Below, piece by piece: positions 9,455 to 19,198 of a stretch of DNA of 58,411 bases. Both the position numbers and the translations under genes were made by a program. The stretch lies in contig VEQI01000001.1 of assembly GCA_018883305.1 (NCBI GenBank), positions 1 through 58,411 on the forward strand. Direction: 5' to 3'. Positions within the stretch are counted from its first letter, which is position 1. Each line of letters starts with the position of its first letter. This DNA is from Limnohabitans sp. (GTDB lineage: Bacteria; Pseudomonadota; Gammaproteobacteria; Burkholderiales; Burkholderiaceae_C). The notes below the pieces were generated by a model. That model was not told the DNA's origin and did not search any database. It saw only the letters and a program-made list of their open reading frames with translations.

Positions 9455-10329
9455 CACACCCTCACCGATTTGCCAAAAATGCCCTGAGGTCGCAGCATCA
9501 GCATCAGGATCATCAGGGTGAAGCCAATCCCGTCACGAACCGCCGTGTTGAGCAAGCCACCGGCGAAGCTTTCCGCCAGTCCCAGCAAAACACCCGCCAG
9601 CGCGGAACCAAACACATTGCCCATCCCACCGATGATGACCACGGCAAAACTTTTGAAGACCACATCCGACCCCATGTTGGGATACAGATCAAACAAGGGA
9701 GCAATGGTGGCCGCCGCCAGGCCCGTCATCAAGGCACCCAGCGTGGCCGTGATGCGTGTCATGCGCCGAATATCGATGCCCACCATCAAAGCCGCGTCCT
9801 TGTTCTGTGCCACCGCGCGCATGGCGCGACCGGTCTCGGTATGACGCAGGAACAGCCCCAGACCGATAAAAGACATCACCCCCAAGCCCACAATCAACAA
9901 ACGCTGACCAAAAATCAGCACGCCACCCCACTCCAGAATGACGGCCTCCAGCGGTGCCTCCACTTCCCGGGGTGTGGCGCCATAGATCAGGCGCACCGCG
10001 TTTTGCGCCACCACCGACAAGGCAAACGTGGCCAGGATGACCGACTCAAACGGACGGTTCAAGGTGGGCAGCAAGGCGATGCCCGCCAGGGCATAGCCCA
10101 TGGCGGCACTGAGCAGCAGCGTGAGCACAAAAGCCGCCGGGTAGGACAGACCCAGCCCATGCGCGCTGGTGAACATCACAAAGGCACTGAGCATGTACAG
10201 CTCGCCATGCGCGAAGTTCACTTGCTCCAGAATGCCAAAGACCAGCGCCAGCCCCACCGCGGCCAGCGCATAGCCCATGCCCACGCTCAAGCCATTGGCG
10301 GCGAGCTGAATGATGAAAGTGGCGTCCAA
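9454..10329 (-). CDS. livH: Liv-type ABC transporter permease (LivH-like)
   Basis: GLALVFG...VNFAHGE, GRAMRAVAQN, IIGGMG and RPQGIFG. Confidence 0.92.
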   Translation of the reverse strand: MDATFIIQLAANGLSVGMGYALAAVGLALVFGILEQVNFAHGELYMLSAFVMFTSAHGLGLSYPAAFVLTLLLSAAMGYALAGIALLPTLNRPFESVILATFALSVVAQNAVRLIYGATPREVEAPLEAVILEWGGVLIFGQRLLIVGLGVMSFIGLGLFLRHTETGRAMRAVAQNKDAALMVGIDIRRMTRITATLGALMTGLAAATIAPLFDLYPNMGSDVVFKSFAVVIIGGMGNVFGSALAGVLLGLAESFAGGLLNTAVRDGIGFTLMILMLMLRPQGIFGKSVRV

Positions 10330-10368
10330 CGAACCGAACCTCTGGTGGGACCGATGCCCACCACCGAG

Positions 10369-11493
10369 TTACTGACCCGAGACCAGGTCCTTGACGCCCA
10401 GCTTGCCGCCTTCAACCAGCATGTACATCAGGTTGTTGTGCGATTGATGGTTGGCATCAAAGCGCACCTGTCCCAGAATGCCTTTGTAATTGGTCTTGAG
10501 CAGCGCCTCACGCACCGCCCCGGCATCCGTGCTGCCTGCACGCTTGATGGCATCCGCGGCAATCAGCATGGATTCGTAAATGCCATAGGCAACATAGTGC
10601 GGGGGTTGCTTGTTCTTGTCGTTGAACGGCTTGGTGAACGCATCGTTCTCGGGTGAGCTGTACTTGTCGTAGTACGGATAGACCGTCCAAGAACCATTGA
10701 ACTTGCCCGTGGCCAGCAAGTCATTGACCAGGGGCGACACCAAAGGCGGACGCCCCACCAGCGGTGCTGTCAGGCCAAACTGCGCGTATTGCTTCATCAA
10801 GTTGGCGCCTTGCTGATCCAGCATGTAGACGCCAATCGCGTCCGGCTTGGTGGAGCGCAAACGGGTGAACACCGGCAGGAAATCGGTTTCGGATTGCTTC
10901 ACATAGTCTTCCGACAAAATCTTGATATCGGGGCTCAGCTTTTCCTTGAGCAGCTTGATGGCACCGCGTCCATAGTCGGTGTCCTCGGCCACGAAGGCCA
11001 CGGTCTTGTAGGGGCGCATCTGCTTGGCAATCACATTGGCCAGCATGATGTCGTTGGGCACACTGCGAAACACCCACTTGTTGCCGCCCGCGCCCGCTTT
11101 CTGGGTGATCTCAGGCAAGGTGGAAATCGACACAATCATCGGCTTCTCAGCCTTTTCGATCACGGGCATCAGGGCCAACGTGGCGCCAGAGCACAAGTCG
11201 CCCAACACCACATCCACTTTGTCCTGCGACAACAAGCGCTCGGTGGCGGCCACCGAGTCAGCCGGGCGGCACATGCTGTCTTGCATGACAAAGCTCACCT
11301 TGCGCCCCAACACACCACCGCGTCGATTGATCTCTTCCGCGGCTTGCTCGGCGCCCCACTTCATGTGCTGCCCCAGGAAGGACACTGGGCCCGTGACGGG
11401 ACCAGGGAATCCAATTTTGATGTCCTGGGCCTGAGCCGCAGCACTGAACAACACACAGCCGGTGAGCAACGCGCCCATCAGGGATTTCAACAT
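10369..11493 (-). CDS. Liv-type (PBP1) ABC transporter substrate-binding protein
   Basis: Signal peptide, IKIG..GPVTG, EEINRRGGVLGRK, GDLCSGATLA and DTDYGRG. First gene of the Liv cassette. Confidence 0.92.
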   Translation of the reverse strand: MLKSLMGALLTGCVLFSAAAQAQDIKIGFPGPVTGPVSFLGQHMKWGAEQAAEEINRRGGVLGRKVSFVMQDSMCRPADSVAATERLLSQDKVDVVLGDLCSGATLALMPVIEKAEKPMIVSISTLPEITQKAGAGGNKWVFRSVPNDIMLANVIAKQMRPYKTVAFVAEDTDYGRGAIKLLKEKLSPDIKILSEDYVKQSETDFLPVFTRLRSTKPDAIGVYMLDQQGANLMKQYAQFGLTAPLVGRPPLVSPLVNDLLATGKFNGSWTVYPYYDKYSSPENDAFTKPFNDKNKQPPHYVAYGIYESMLIAADAIKRAGSTDAGAVREALLKTNYKGILGQVRFDANHQSHNNLMYMLVEGGKLGVKDLVSGQ

Positions 11494-11583
11494 GAAGGTC
11501 TCCTCTTTCTTATGACCTGAAACGGTTCAATTCATTCTAGCCCCAGCGCAGACAGACAACATCCGTCATCACCTCTGGGGCAC

Positions 11584-12588
11584 TCACTCCAGCCGAAGGT
11601 CCAAGCGCCGGACGATGTCTTCCCAGCGCCGGAGTTCCGCCACCACCAATTGGTCCGCCTGCGTGGTGGTGTTCTTCATGGGCTCCAGTCCCAGCTTTTC
11701 CAGCGCCGTTCGGGTGTCGGGATCATCCAGGGCCTGTTGCAGCAACGCGTTCAAACGCGCCATCACCACGGCCGGCGTTTTCACAGGCGCAGCCATGATG
11801 TAGGTGGACTCGAACACATAGCCCGGCACACCGGCCTCGGCCGTGGTGGGCAATTGCTCCCAGCCCTTCATGCGCTTTTCACCCGTGGTTGCCAGCGCCA
11901 CGATGCGGTTGTCCCTGATGAGTGGCAGCGCCAGCGTGGGGCTGGCAAAGGCCACGGGCACACGCCCGCTCACCAGATCGGGCACGGTGTCTGAGACGCC
12001 CTTGTAGGCAATGTGTTCCATCTGCACACCCGCCAATGACTTGAACAACTCTGCCCCCAGATGCGGGTTGCTGGCCGGCCCCGCCGAAGAGAACGCAAGC
12101 TTGCCCTCATCGGCCTTGGCACGCGCAATCAACTCTTTGACTGACTTGACGTTGAGTGAAGGCGCCACCACCAGAAAATTGGAACTGCTGCTGAAGATGC
12201 CCACAGCGGACATGTCAGACAAGGTGTAGCCCGCAGACTTGGGACGCAACATCGGTCCCAGGGTGTGGGCCAGCGTGCCATTGAACACCACGGTGTAACC
12301 ATCCGGCGCTGCGCGCGCCACCAGGGCGGTGCCGATGGTGCCACCCGCACCGCCACGGTTCTCCACCGTGAAGGGTTGACCACTGGCATTGGCCATGTAC
12401 TTGGCCACAGCGCGCGCCATCATGTCGACCGGACCACCCGCCGAATAGGGCACCACGACCCTCACCGGTTTGACAGGGAACTCCTGCGCATGTGCACACA
12501 ACGATGCCGTCAGCGCCAGCAGGGGCAGGCCGGTCAAGACCGACCACACACCACGTCGCGAAGAACGCAAGCCCATCACCTGTGTCAT
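11584..12588 (-). CDS. Bug/TctC substrate-binding protein
   Basis: FPVKPVRVVVPYSAGGPVD, ENRGGAGG, APDGYT and YKG. GGAGG RBS before ATG 12588. Confidence 0.92.
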   Translation of the reverse strand: MTQVMGLRSSRRGVWSVLTGLPLLALTASLCAHAQEFPVKPVRVVVPYSAGGPVDMMARAVAKYMANASGQPFTVENRGGAGGTIGTALVARAAPDGYTVVFNGTLAHTLGPMLRPKSAGYTLSDMSAVGIFSSSSNFLVVAPSLNVKSVKELIARAKADEGKLAFSSAGPASNPHLGAELFKSLAGVQMEHIAYKGVSDTVPDLVSGRVPVAFASPTLALPLIRDNRIVALATTGEKRMKGWEQLPTTAEAGVPGYVFESTYIMAAPVKTPAVVMARLNALLQQALDDPDTRTALEKLGLEPMKNTTTQADQLVVAELRRWEDIVRRLDLRLE

Positions 12589-12694
12589 CTTGTCCTCCAG
12601 CTTTTCATGCAACAGAACCAAGGGGTCCACCAATTGCGCCGCATGATAGCGGAAGCCTTTCGCTGGACCAGTCGTCTAGGCGCAGCAGGCATGT

Positions 12695-12722
12695 GCCGAG
12701 CGTGACCCGGATCACGCTCGGC
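12695..12722. repeat. Perfect 11-bp inverted repeat in a divergent intergenic region
   Basis: GCCGAGCGTGA-cccgga-TCACGCTCGGC. Confidence 0.8.
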
Positions 12723-12782
12723 GTTGACCCAGGCGCATGGATGCGGTAGAAAGCGCGTCATCCCACACACCTCGGAGCTTTC

Positions 12783-13586
12783 ATGAGTTTGTTCAGCGCC
12801 CCGTTCTCCCCTGACCGCGAAGCCGCCCTGGTGACCGGCGCCGGCAACGGCATTGGTCGCGCCGTTGCCCAGGCCCTGGTGGGTGAAGGCGTTCGAACCG
12901 TGTTTGCCGATGCGCGCGAGGAAACGGTCCGGGCCGCGGTGGCCACCTCACCACGACCTGAGTTGGCCATCCCCTGGGTGGGCGATCTGGCTCAGCCCGA
13001 GTCCTGCGAGGCGCTGATGCAATTCGCGCAATCCAAGCTGGGCCTGGTGACTCATTTTGTTCACAGCGCCTCGCCACCGCGCCGCGAAGTGGATCACGTG
13101 CTGGCCGTGGATGACGCCACTTGGCGGCAGATGCGTGCCGTCAATGTGGATGCCGGCTTTCAGCTGGCTCGCGGCCTGGCACGCACACTCATCGCCGCGC
13201 AACGGCCGGGCTCGTTCCTGATGCTCACGTCCTTGCACGCTGAAACGCCCCGCAATTTGCCGCACTACAGCACCTCCAAGGCTGCCCTGGCCATGCTGGT
13301 CAAGGAGTTGGCCAAATCTCTGGGGCGCTTTGGCATCCGGGTCAACGCCCTGGTGCCAGGCGCCATTGCGGCGGGCGGGTTTGTGGCGGACCCGGCACTG
13401 GCCAGGCACATCCCCCTGGGTCGGCTGGGCAAGAGCGACGACCTGGCGCCCATGGCCCTGACCGTGTTGTCCAACACACTCAGCGGTTACGTCACGGGCG
13501 CGGCCTTCGTGGTGGATGGCGGTCTGGCCTTGACCAACTGGTTTGACCCGCCCGTGTTTGACGACACCTCAGCCAGCCCCCCCTGA
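12783..13586 (+). CDS. SDR family oxidoreductase
   Basis: TGAGNGIG, YSTSK, GIRVNAL and VDGG. The NNAG motif is replaced by HSAS. Confidence 0.92.
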   Translation: MSLFSAPFSPDREAALVTGAGNGIGRAVAQALVGEGVRTVFADAREETVRAAVATSPRPELAIPWVGDLAQPESCEALMQFAQSKLGLVTHFVHSASPPRREVDHVLAVDDATWRQMRAVNVDAGFQLARGLARTLIAAQRPGSFLMLTSLHAETPRNLPHYSTSKAALAMLVKELAKSLGRFGIRVNALVPGAIAAGGFVADPALARHIPLGRLGKSDDLAPMALTVLSNTLSGYVTGAAFVVDGGLALTNWFDPPVFDDTSASPP

Positions 13587-14525
13587 GGCTGCGTACTGGT
13601 TGATGTGGTCAAACGTCTGGCCCAGGTAGCTCTCGTAATTGTCCAGTTCCACAAAGCCCAGATGCGGTGTGCACAGGCAGTTGGGCATATCCTGCAAAGG
13701 ATGTCGGTCCTTCAGCACTGGCTCCTGCTCATACACATCCACGGCGGCAAACCCGGGACGGCCAGCACGCAAGGCCGCCACCAAAGCACCCGGCTGGATC
13801 AATTCGGCACGCGCCGTGTTCACCAGAATGGCATCCGGCTTCATGCGCGCCAGGTCCTCGGCCGTGACATGGCCCCGCGTTTGGGGTGACAGACGAATCA
13901 GGATGCACAGCACATCGGCCTGGGCAAAAAACGCTTCGCGAGAGGCGGCCACCGTCCAGCCGTTTTCAGCGGCTTTCTGACGCGACCCTTCACGCCCCCA
14001 CACCAGTATGTTCGCACCCAGTGCCTGAGCGGCCCGCGCCACTTGCTCGCCAATGCGGCCCAGCCCCAGGATGGCCAACGTGCGTCCGTGCAACTGACGT
14101 CCCAGGGTGCGTTGCCACACGCCGGCATTCATGTTGGCCACTTCGGGCACCAGATTGCGCAAACTGGCCAGGATCATCAGCAGCGTGAATTCTGCCGTGG
14201 CCACCGAGGTGCCCTGGGTTTCATACACCACTACACCATGTGCCTTGCAGGCCTCCAGGTCCAGGTGCCGTCCGGCTTTGCCGGTTTGCGCAATCACTTT
14301 CAGATCCGGCAACCGGGACAACAAGGCCTCGTCCACCACCGTGCGCTCACGGATGAGCACCAGCGCCTGCACGCCCTGCAACTGGCGGGCCAGCTCCTGC
14401 GGATCACCGAAGTGCTGGTTCAGGACCAGCACCTCATGGCCTTTCAACTTGGCAAAGCAGTTCAGCGTTCGCACGCAGTCCTGGAAATCATCAAGAATGG
14501 CAATTTTCATGGCGAGGGTCTTCAT
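13569..14525 (-). CDS. D-2-hydroxyacid dehydrogenase family protein
   Basis: MKIAILDD, GLGRIG, NTAR, DVYEQEP and TPHLG. ATGA overlap with the upstream Bug. Confidence 0.93.
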   Translation of the reverse strand: MKTLAMKIAILDDFQDCVRTLNCFAKLKGHEVLVLNQHFGDPQELARQLQGVQALVLIRERTVVDEALLSRLPDLKVIAQTGKAGRHLDLEACKAHGVVVYETQGTSVATAEFTLLMILASLRNLVPEVANMNAGVWQRTLGRQLHGRTLAILGLGRIGEQVARAAQALGANILVWGREGSRQKAAENGWTVAASREAFFAQADVLCILIRLSPQTRGHVTAEDLARMKPDAILVNTARAELIQPGALVAALRAGRPGFAAVDVYEQEPVLKDRHPLQDMPNCLCTPHLGFVELDNYESYLGQTFDHINQYAASGGAG

Positions 14526-15490
14526 TCGGCCTTGATGCCGGCGTCCTTGGAGAGTTTGCTCAAACGCGCCACCTCGGCGCGCACTTGTTGCCCAAAGGCC
14601 TCGGGCGTGGGGCTGGCCGCCAGCTCGATGCCTCGCTCGGCAAACTTGGCGATCAGTTCGGGTTGTGTATAGGCTTTCACCACTTCTGCATGCAAGCGAT
14701 TCACAATCTCCTTGGGTGTGCCTGCCGGGGCCAGCAGCATGTTGAGCGTGACGTCCTCATAGCCTGGATAGCCAGACTCTGCAATGGTGGGCACATCGGG
14801 GAACAAGGGCGAACGGTTCAGGCTGGTGACGGCCAGGGGGCGCAGCTTGCCACTGCGCACATGCCCGATGGAGGTGCTGAACTGGTCATACAGCAACTGC
14901 GTCTGACCACTCACCACATCCACCACCGCTTGTGCATTGCCTTTGTAAAACACATTCAGCATGCGCAAGCCTGCACGGCTGGCAAACACCTCGCTGGCAA
15001 TGTGGCCGGTGGATCCGTTGCCGCTGCTGGCCACGCTGAAGGTGCCAGGCTTGGCCTTGGCCTGCTGCACCAGGTCATCCAGGTTTTTCAATGATTGGCC
15101 CGCCCCCGTGACCAGCACCATGGGCGCCTTGCACGTGAGGGTGATGGGCGTGAAGTCTCGAACCGGGTCATAGCCTGCGTTGGTGGAAATGAGTGGTGCG
15201 GTGAAGAAGGTGCTGGAATGCGCCAGCAAGGTATAGCCATCCGGCGCGGCTTTGGCGACCAACTGGGTGCCCACCAGCGACGCTGAGCTGGGCCGGTTTT
15301 CCACCACGACAGACTGCCCCAGATTCTTGCTCAACTCCTGCGCCAGCATGCGGGCCACGATGTCCACGGTTCCGCCAGCCGCCACCGGCACAATCAACTT
15401 GATGGGGCGACTGGGCCAGACGTCCTGCGCCAAGACGGCATGACACAGCCCGCTGATCAACAAGGCAAACGCAAGTTTCAACTTCAACAT
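14522..15490 (-). CDS. Bug/TctC substrate-binding protein
   Basis: WPSRPIKLIVPVAAGGTVD, APDGYTLL, SSGNGS, YKG and PDVPT. Start could be 15490, 15496 or 15508. Confidence 0.92.
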   Translation of the reverse strand: MLKLKLAFALLISGLCHAVLAQDVWPSRPIKLIVPVAAGGTVDIVARMLAQELSKNLGQSVVVENRPSSASLVGTQLVAKAAPDGYTLLAHSSTFFTAPLISTNAGYDPVRDFTPITLTCKAPMVLVTGAGQSLKNLDDLVQQAKAKPGTFSVASSGNGSTGHIASEVFASRAGLRMLNVFYKGNAQAVVDVVSGQTQLLYDQFSTSIGHVRSGKLRPLAVTSLNRSPLFPDVPTIAESGYPGYEDVTLNMLLAPAGTPKEIVNRLHAEVVKAYTQPELIAKFAERGIELAASPTPEAFGQQVRAEVARLSKLSKDAGIKAE

Positions 15491-15520
15491 ATTCATCCAT
15501 CCATTCAAGAAGTGTGGGGG

Positions 15521-16402
15521 TTAGAAGTCATACAGCTGGGCCGGGTTGTCTTGCAACATCGCCACCCATTCATCCGCGGACAGCCACTCGCTCATGCGCT
15601 GCAAGGCGCGTGCGTCATTGACCGGATGAAATGGCTCCAGCTTGTCTGGCGTACGGGGTTGCCCTGGCCAGGCCCCGGGATGCGGCCAGTCGGTGCCCCA
15701 CAGCATGCGTTGCGGATTGGCTTGCACCAGGGCACGTGCCACAGGCCGTGCGTCCTCACAATCGGGCAGCTCTGAAATGCGTTGCGCGGCGGACAGCTTG
15801 ACCCAGGCCCGGCCGCTGGCCACCAGGTCCAGCAACGCATCGAATCCCGGTTGCGACACACCGCGTGCAGCCGTGGCGCGGCCGAAGTGGTCAATGACCA
15901 AGGGCACGGGCAGCGTGGCCAACGTGTCGGCAATGGCGGCAATCACGGGCAGGGTGGTGTAGGTTTGCACATGCCATCCCAGGGGTGCCACGCGCTGCGC
16001 CGCTTGTTGCATCAACGCGCGGGCCACCTCGGGGTTGTGTTGTCCGGCAGACTCCAGGTTCACGCGCACACCGCGCACGCCGGCCTGATGCAGTGCACGC
16101 AATTGGACATCGGTGGTGTGATCGTCGATGACGGCCACGCCACGCGCCTGCATCACGCCGGTGGCATTGATTTGCTGCAAGGCATCGGCCAGACAGGCGT
16201 TGTCTGCGCCTTGTGGACTGGCCTGCACGATCACCACACGGGTCAGACCCAGGCGCTTCAACAGCGCTGTCAGGTCCGCCACCGAAGCGGGGCCGGGCGT
16301 GTATGCCCGATCCGGCGCAAGCGGAAATTGGTCAAACGGGCCGAACACATGCACATGGCAATCACAGCCATGGGGCGGCATCGGGTGTTGACAAGCGTTC
16401 AT
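15521..16402 (-). CDS. Amidohydrolase-family lactonase/isomerase (LigI / galactarolactone isomerase-like)
   Basis: DCHVHVFGP, YTP, IVQAS..GADN, GVRVN, DHFG, WVKLSA and WGTDWPH. Start could be 16402 or 16438. Confidence 0.88.
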   Translation of the reverse strand: MNACQHPMPPHGCDCHVHVFGPFDQFPLAPDRAYTPGPASVADLTALLKRLGLTRVVIVQASPQGADNACLADALQQINATGVMQARGVAVIDDHTTDVQLRALHQAGVRGVRVNLESAGQHNPEVARALMQQAAQRVAPLGWHVQTYTTLPVIAAIADTLATLPVPLVIDHFGRATAARGVSQPGFDALLDLVASGRAWVKLSAAQRISELPDCEDARPVARALVQANPQRMLWGTDWPHPGAWPGQPRTPDKLEPFHPVNDARALQRMSEWLSADEWVAMLQDNPAQLYDF

Positions 16403-16444
16403 GGGTGACAAACATCCTTTCAATTCATGAGAGGGCACGCGCCG

Positions 16445-17380
16445 TCACACCACTCGGTGGTACGGCTCTCCCCCATTCAACACATGCCATAACTGCTGCG
16501 CCACGGCCAGAGAACTCGCCGCCTGGGTCTGTGTCGTGCTGCCGGCCGCATGCGGGGTGGCAATGACTTGGGGCAGTTGCAGCAACGGGTGATCTGACGC
16601 AGGCGGCTCCGTCTCTTCCCAGGCATCCAAGGCCGCACCAGCCAAGTGACCGCGCTGCAAGGCTTCGAACAAAGCGGCCTCATCCACCAGGCCACCCCGC
16701 GACACGTTGACCAGCAAGGCGGTGGGCTTCATCATGGCCAGTGCCCGCGCATTGACCAGATGGTGATTGTCCTGGTGGTAGGGCACATGCAAGGACACCA
16801 CATCGCACTGCGGCCACAGCTCATCCAGATGAGATGCCCGCTGATGCGGAATGTCGGCCCATCCGGGGTTGGCCCCCCGGGGGGCGTACGCCAGGATGCG
16901 GGCCCGAAATGCCGCCTGCATCATGCGGGCGAATTCCGTGCCGGTGTTGCCCATGCCAATCACCCCCACGGTTTTCCCGGTGAGCTCCAGGCCCAGAAAA
17001 TGGTTGCGATTGAAGTGAACACCTTGTCGGATGAGGCGATCTTGCTGCGTGACACGACGCGCCAGGTTCAGCACCAGCGCCATCGCCATTTCAGCCACCG
17101 CCACCCGATTGATGCCAGGCGTGTTGCACACCGTCACGCCACAGGCCCGAGCCGCTTCCAGATCGAGCCGGTTCACACCCACGCCCTGCTTGGACACCAC
17201 CTTCAAGTGACGTGCCTGCTGAAAGTCTTGCCCAGTGATGGAATGGGCCCGCACCATGACGCCCTGCGCATCGTCGTGCCAATGCGCACACCGGGGGTCA
17301 TCCCAACGGATCACCTCGGTGCGCTCGCTCAGCCACGCCAGGCCTGCGAGATGCATTTCATCCAGCACATAAACTTTCAT
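16445..17380 (-). CDS. D-2-hydroxyacid dehydrogenase family protein
   Basis: KQGVGV, NTPGIN, GMGNTG, NVSRGG and TPHAAG. Confidence 0.92.
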   Translation of the reverse strand: MKVYVLDEMHLAGLAWLSERTEVIRWDDPRCAHWHDDAQGVMVRAHSITGQDFQQARHLKVVSKQGVGVNRLDLEAARACGVTVCNTPGINRVAVAEMAMALVLNLARRVTQQDRLIRQGVHFNRNHFLGLELTGKTVGVIGMGNTGTEFARMMQAAFRARILAYAPRGANPGWADIPHQRASHLDELWPQCDVVSLHVPYHQDNHHLVNARALAMMKPTALLVNVSRGGLVDEAALFEALQRGHLAGAALDAWEETEPPASDHPLLQLPQVIATPHAAGSTTQTQAASSLAVAQQLWHVLNGGEPYHRVV

Positions 17381-17517
17381 AGGGTCACGACCATGCCGTC
17401 TTTGCCATCCTTCAACGACTCGCATTACACGACAAACGGGCGACTTGGACCAATCTTTTTTTATGGCAGACTGTCTCTCGTTTGACCCTTTTCCATCGCG
17501 CCCGCTAAAGGTCCCTC

Positions 17518-18306
17518 ATGGCTTATCACACGGATTTCCCATCCATCCAGTCTCAGGTCAGTGCTGAGGAATGGCAGGCTCGTCTGGACCTGGCCGCCAC
17601 CTACCGTCTGGTGGATCTTTACGGCATGACGGACCTGATCTACAACCACATCACGTTGCGGATTCCGGGCACCGACCATCTGCTGATCAACTTGTATGGT
17701 CTGCTCTACAAGGAAATCACCGCCTCCAACCTGGCCAAGATCGACCTGGAAGGAAACATCCTGTGGAAACCCGACACAGATTACGGCATCAACCGCTCCG
17801 GCTTTGTGATTCATGGGTGCATCCATCAAGCCCGACACGATGTGTCATGCGTGCTTCACACCCATACCCGCGCGGGCATGGCCGTCTCCACCATGAAGTG
17901 CGGCTTGCTGCCGCTCACGCAAACCGGCATTCGCTTTGAAGGCCACCTGGCGTACCACGAGTACGAGGGGCCGGCCATTGATCTGGCCGAGCGTGAGCGG
18001 CTGGTGCGCGACTTGGGTGAGCACAACGCCATGATGCTGAACAACCACGGGCTGCTCACTTGTGGCCCCTCCTGCGGAGAAGCCTTCAACCTCATGTACA
18101 ACCTGGAGCTGGCCTGCCGCGCCCAAGTGGATGCCATGGCTGCCCGAACCGAATTGCGCCAGCCCAGTGCCGAAGTGCTGGAGAGAACCGCGCATCTTTA
18201 CCAGCCAGGCGCGCGCAGACCCTATGGTGTGCTGGAATGGCACGCCATGCTGCGCCTGCTCAAGGCCCAATCCTCGTCGTCCGGCTTCCCCCCTTACTGG
18301 AGCTGA
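17518..18306 (+). CDS. Class II aldolase/adducin family protein
   Basis: EEWQARLDLAATYRL, NHIT, EITAS, HTHT and NHG (Zn ligands). Confidence 0.93.
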   Translation: MAYHTDFPSIQSQVSAEEWQARLDLAATYRLVDLYGMTDLIYNHITLRIPGTDHLLINLYGLLYKEITASNLAKIDLEGNILWKPDTDYGINRSGFVIHGCIHQARHDVSCVLHTHTRAGMAVSTMKCGLLPLTQTGIRFEGHLAYHEYEGPAIDLAERERLVRDLGEHNAMMLNNHGLLTCGPSCGEAFNLMYNLELACRAQVDAMAARTELRQPSAEVLERTAHLYQPGARRPYGVLEWHAMLRLLKAQSSSSGFPPYWS

Positions 18307-18376
18307 AAGCGCACCGACCGAAGTCTGACCCCTGGATGCAGACTCTTCAGACACTCCCTTTCTTGCAAAAACCGTC

Positions 18377-19165
18377 ATGAACACCTCTGGTCGTCTCTCC
18401 ATTGAATCCATGCAGGGCCGCTGCTCCGAAGCCGAGTGGCAGGCTCGCGTGGATCTCGCTGCCTGTTACCGACTGGTCGATCTGTACGGCATGTCCGACA
18501 TGATGGCCAATCATGTGTCCATGCGCGTGCCCGATGAAGAGGGTGCCTTCCTCATCAACGCTTACGGCATGATGTACGAGGAGATCACTGCCTCCAGCCT
18601 GATCAAGATCGACGTGGCGGGCAACATCTTGTCAAAGCCCGATTTCGGCGAACTGGACTACGGCATCAACCGTGCCGGCTATGTCATTCACAGTGCCGTG
18701 CATGAGGCCCGCCCTGAAGTGGCCTGCGTCATCCATACCCACAGCTGGGCCTCCATGGCGGTGTCTGCGCTGGAATGCGGTTTGCTGCCCATCACACAAA
18801 CGGCGATGCGCTTCCTGAAAATTGGCTATCACGACTTTCAAGGCGTGGTCCTCAATGAACAAGAGCAAGCCTCCTTGCTGCGCGACATGGGTGACAAAGA
18901 GGCTTTGCTGTTACGCAACCACGGCGCACTCACCGTAGGCCGTACCGTGGGTGAGGCCTTCAACTGGATGCATCGCCTTGAATTGGCTTGCCGGTCTCAA
19001 CTGGCCGCCATGGCCTGCAACACCCCACTGGTAAAAGTGTCGCCCGATGTTTTGGAAGAGACTTGGAACAACTACCAACGTGGCACCCGCCGGCCGTATG
19101 GCCTGATGGAATGGCCGGCGCTGCTGCGCAAACTCGATCGGCTGGACCCCAGCTACCGCGACTGA
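18377..19165 (+). CDS. Class II aldolase/adducin family protein
   Basis: EWQARVDLAACYRL, NHVS, EITASSL, HTHS and RNHG. Confidence 0.93.
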   Translation: MNTSGRLSIESMQGRCSEAEWQARVDLAACYRLVDLYGMSDMMANHVSMRVPDEEGAFLINAYGMMYEEITASSLIKIDVAGNILSKPDFGELDYGINRAGYVIHSAVHEARPEVACVIHTHSWASMAVSALECGLLPITQTAMRFLKIGYHDFQGVVLNEQEQASLLRDMGDKEALLLRNHGALTVGRTVGEAFNWMHRLELACRSQLAAMACNTPLVKVSPDVLEETWNNYQRGTRRPYGLMEWPALLRKLDRLDPSYRD

Positions 19166-19198
19166 ACCACGGCGGCTCACCTGCAAACTCCCCGTCCG

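Noticed and set aside
9370-10656. 428-aa plus-strand ORF
   Set aside because: It is an antisense shadow of the Liv permease and SBP genes.
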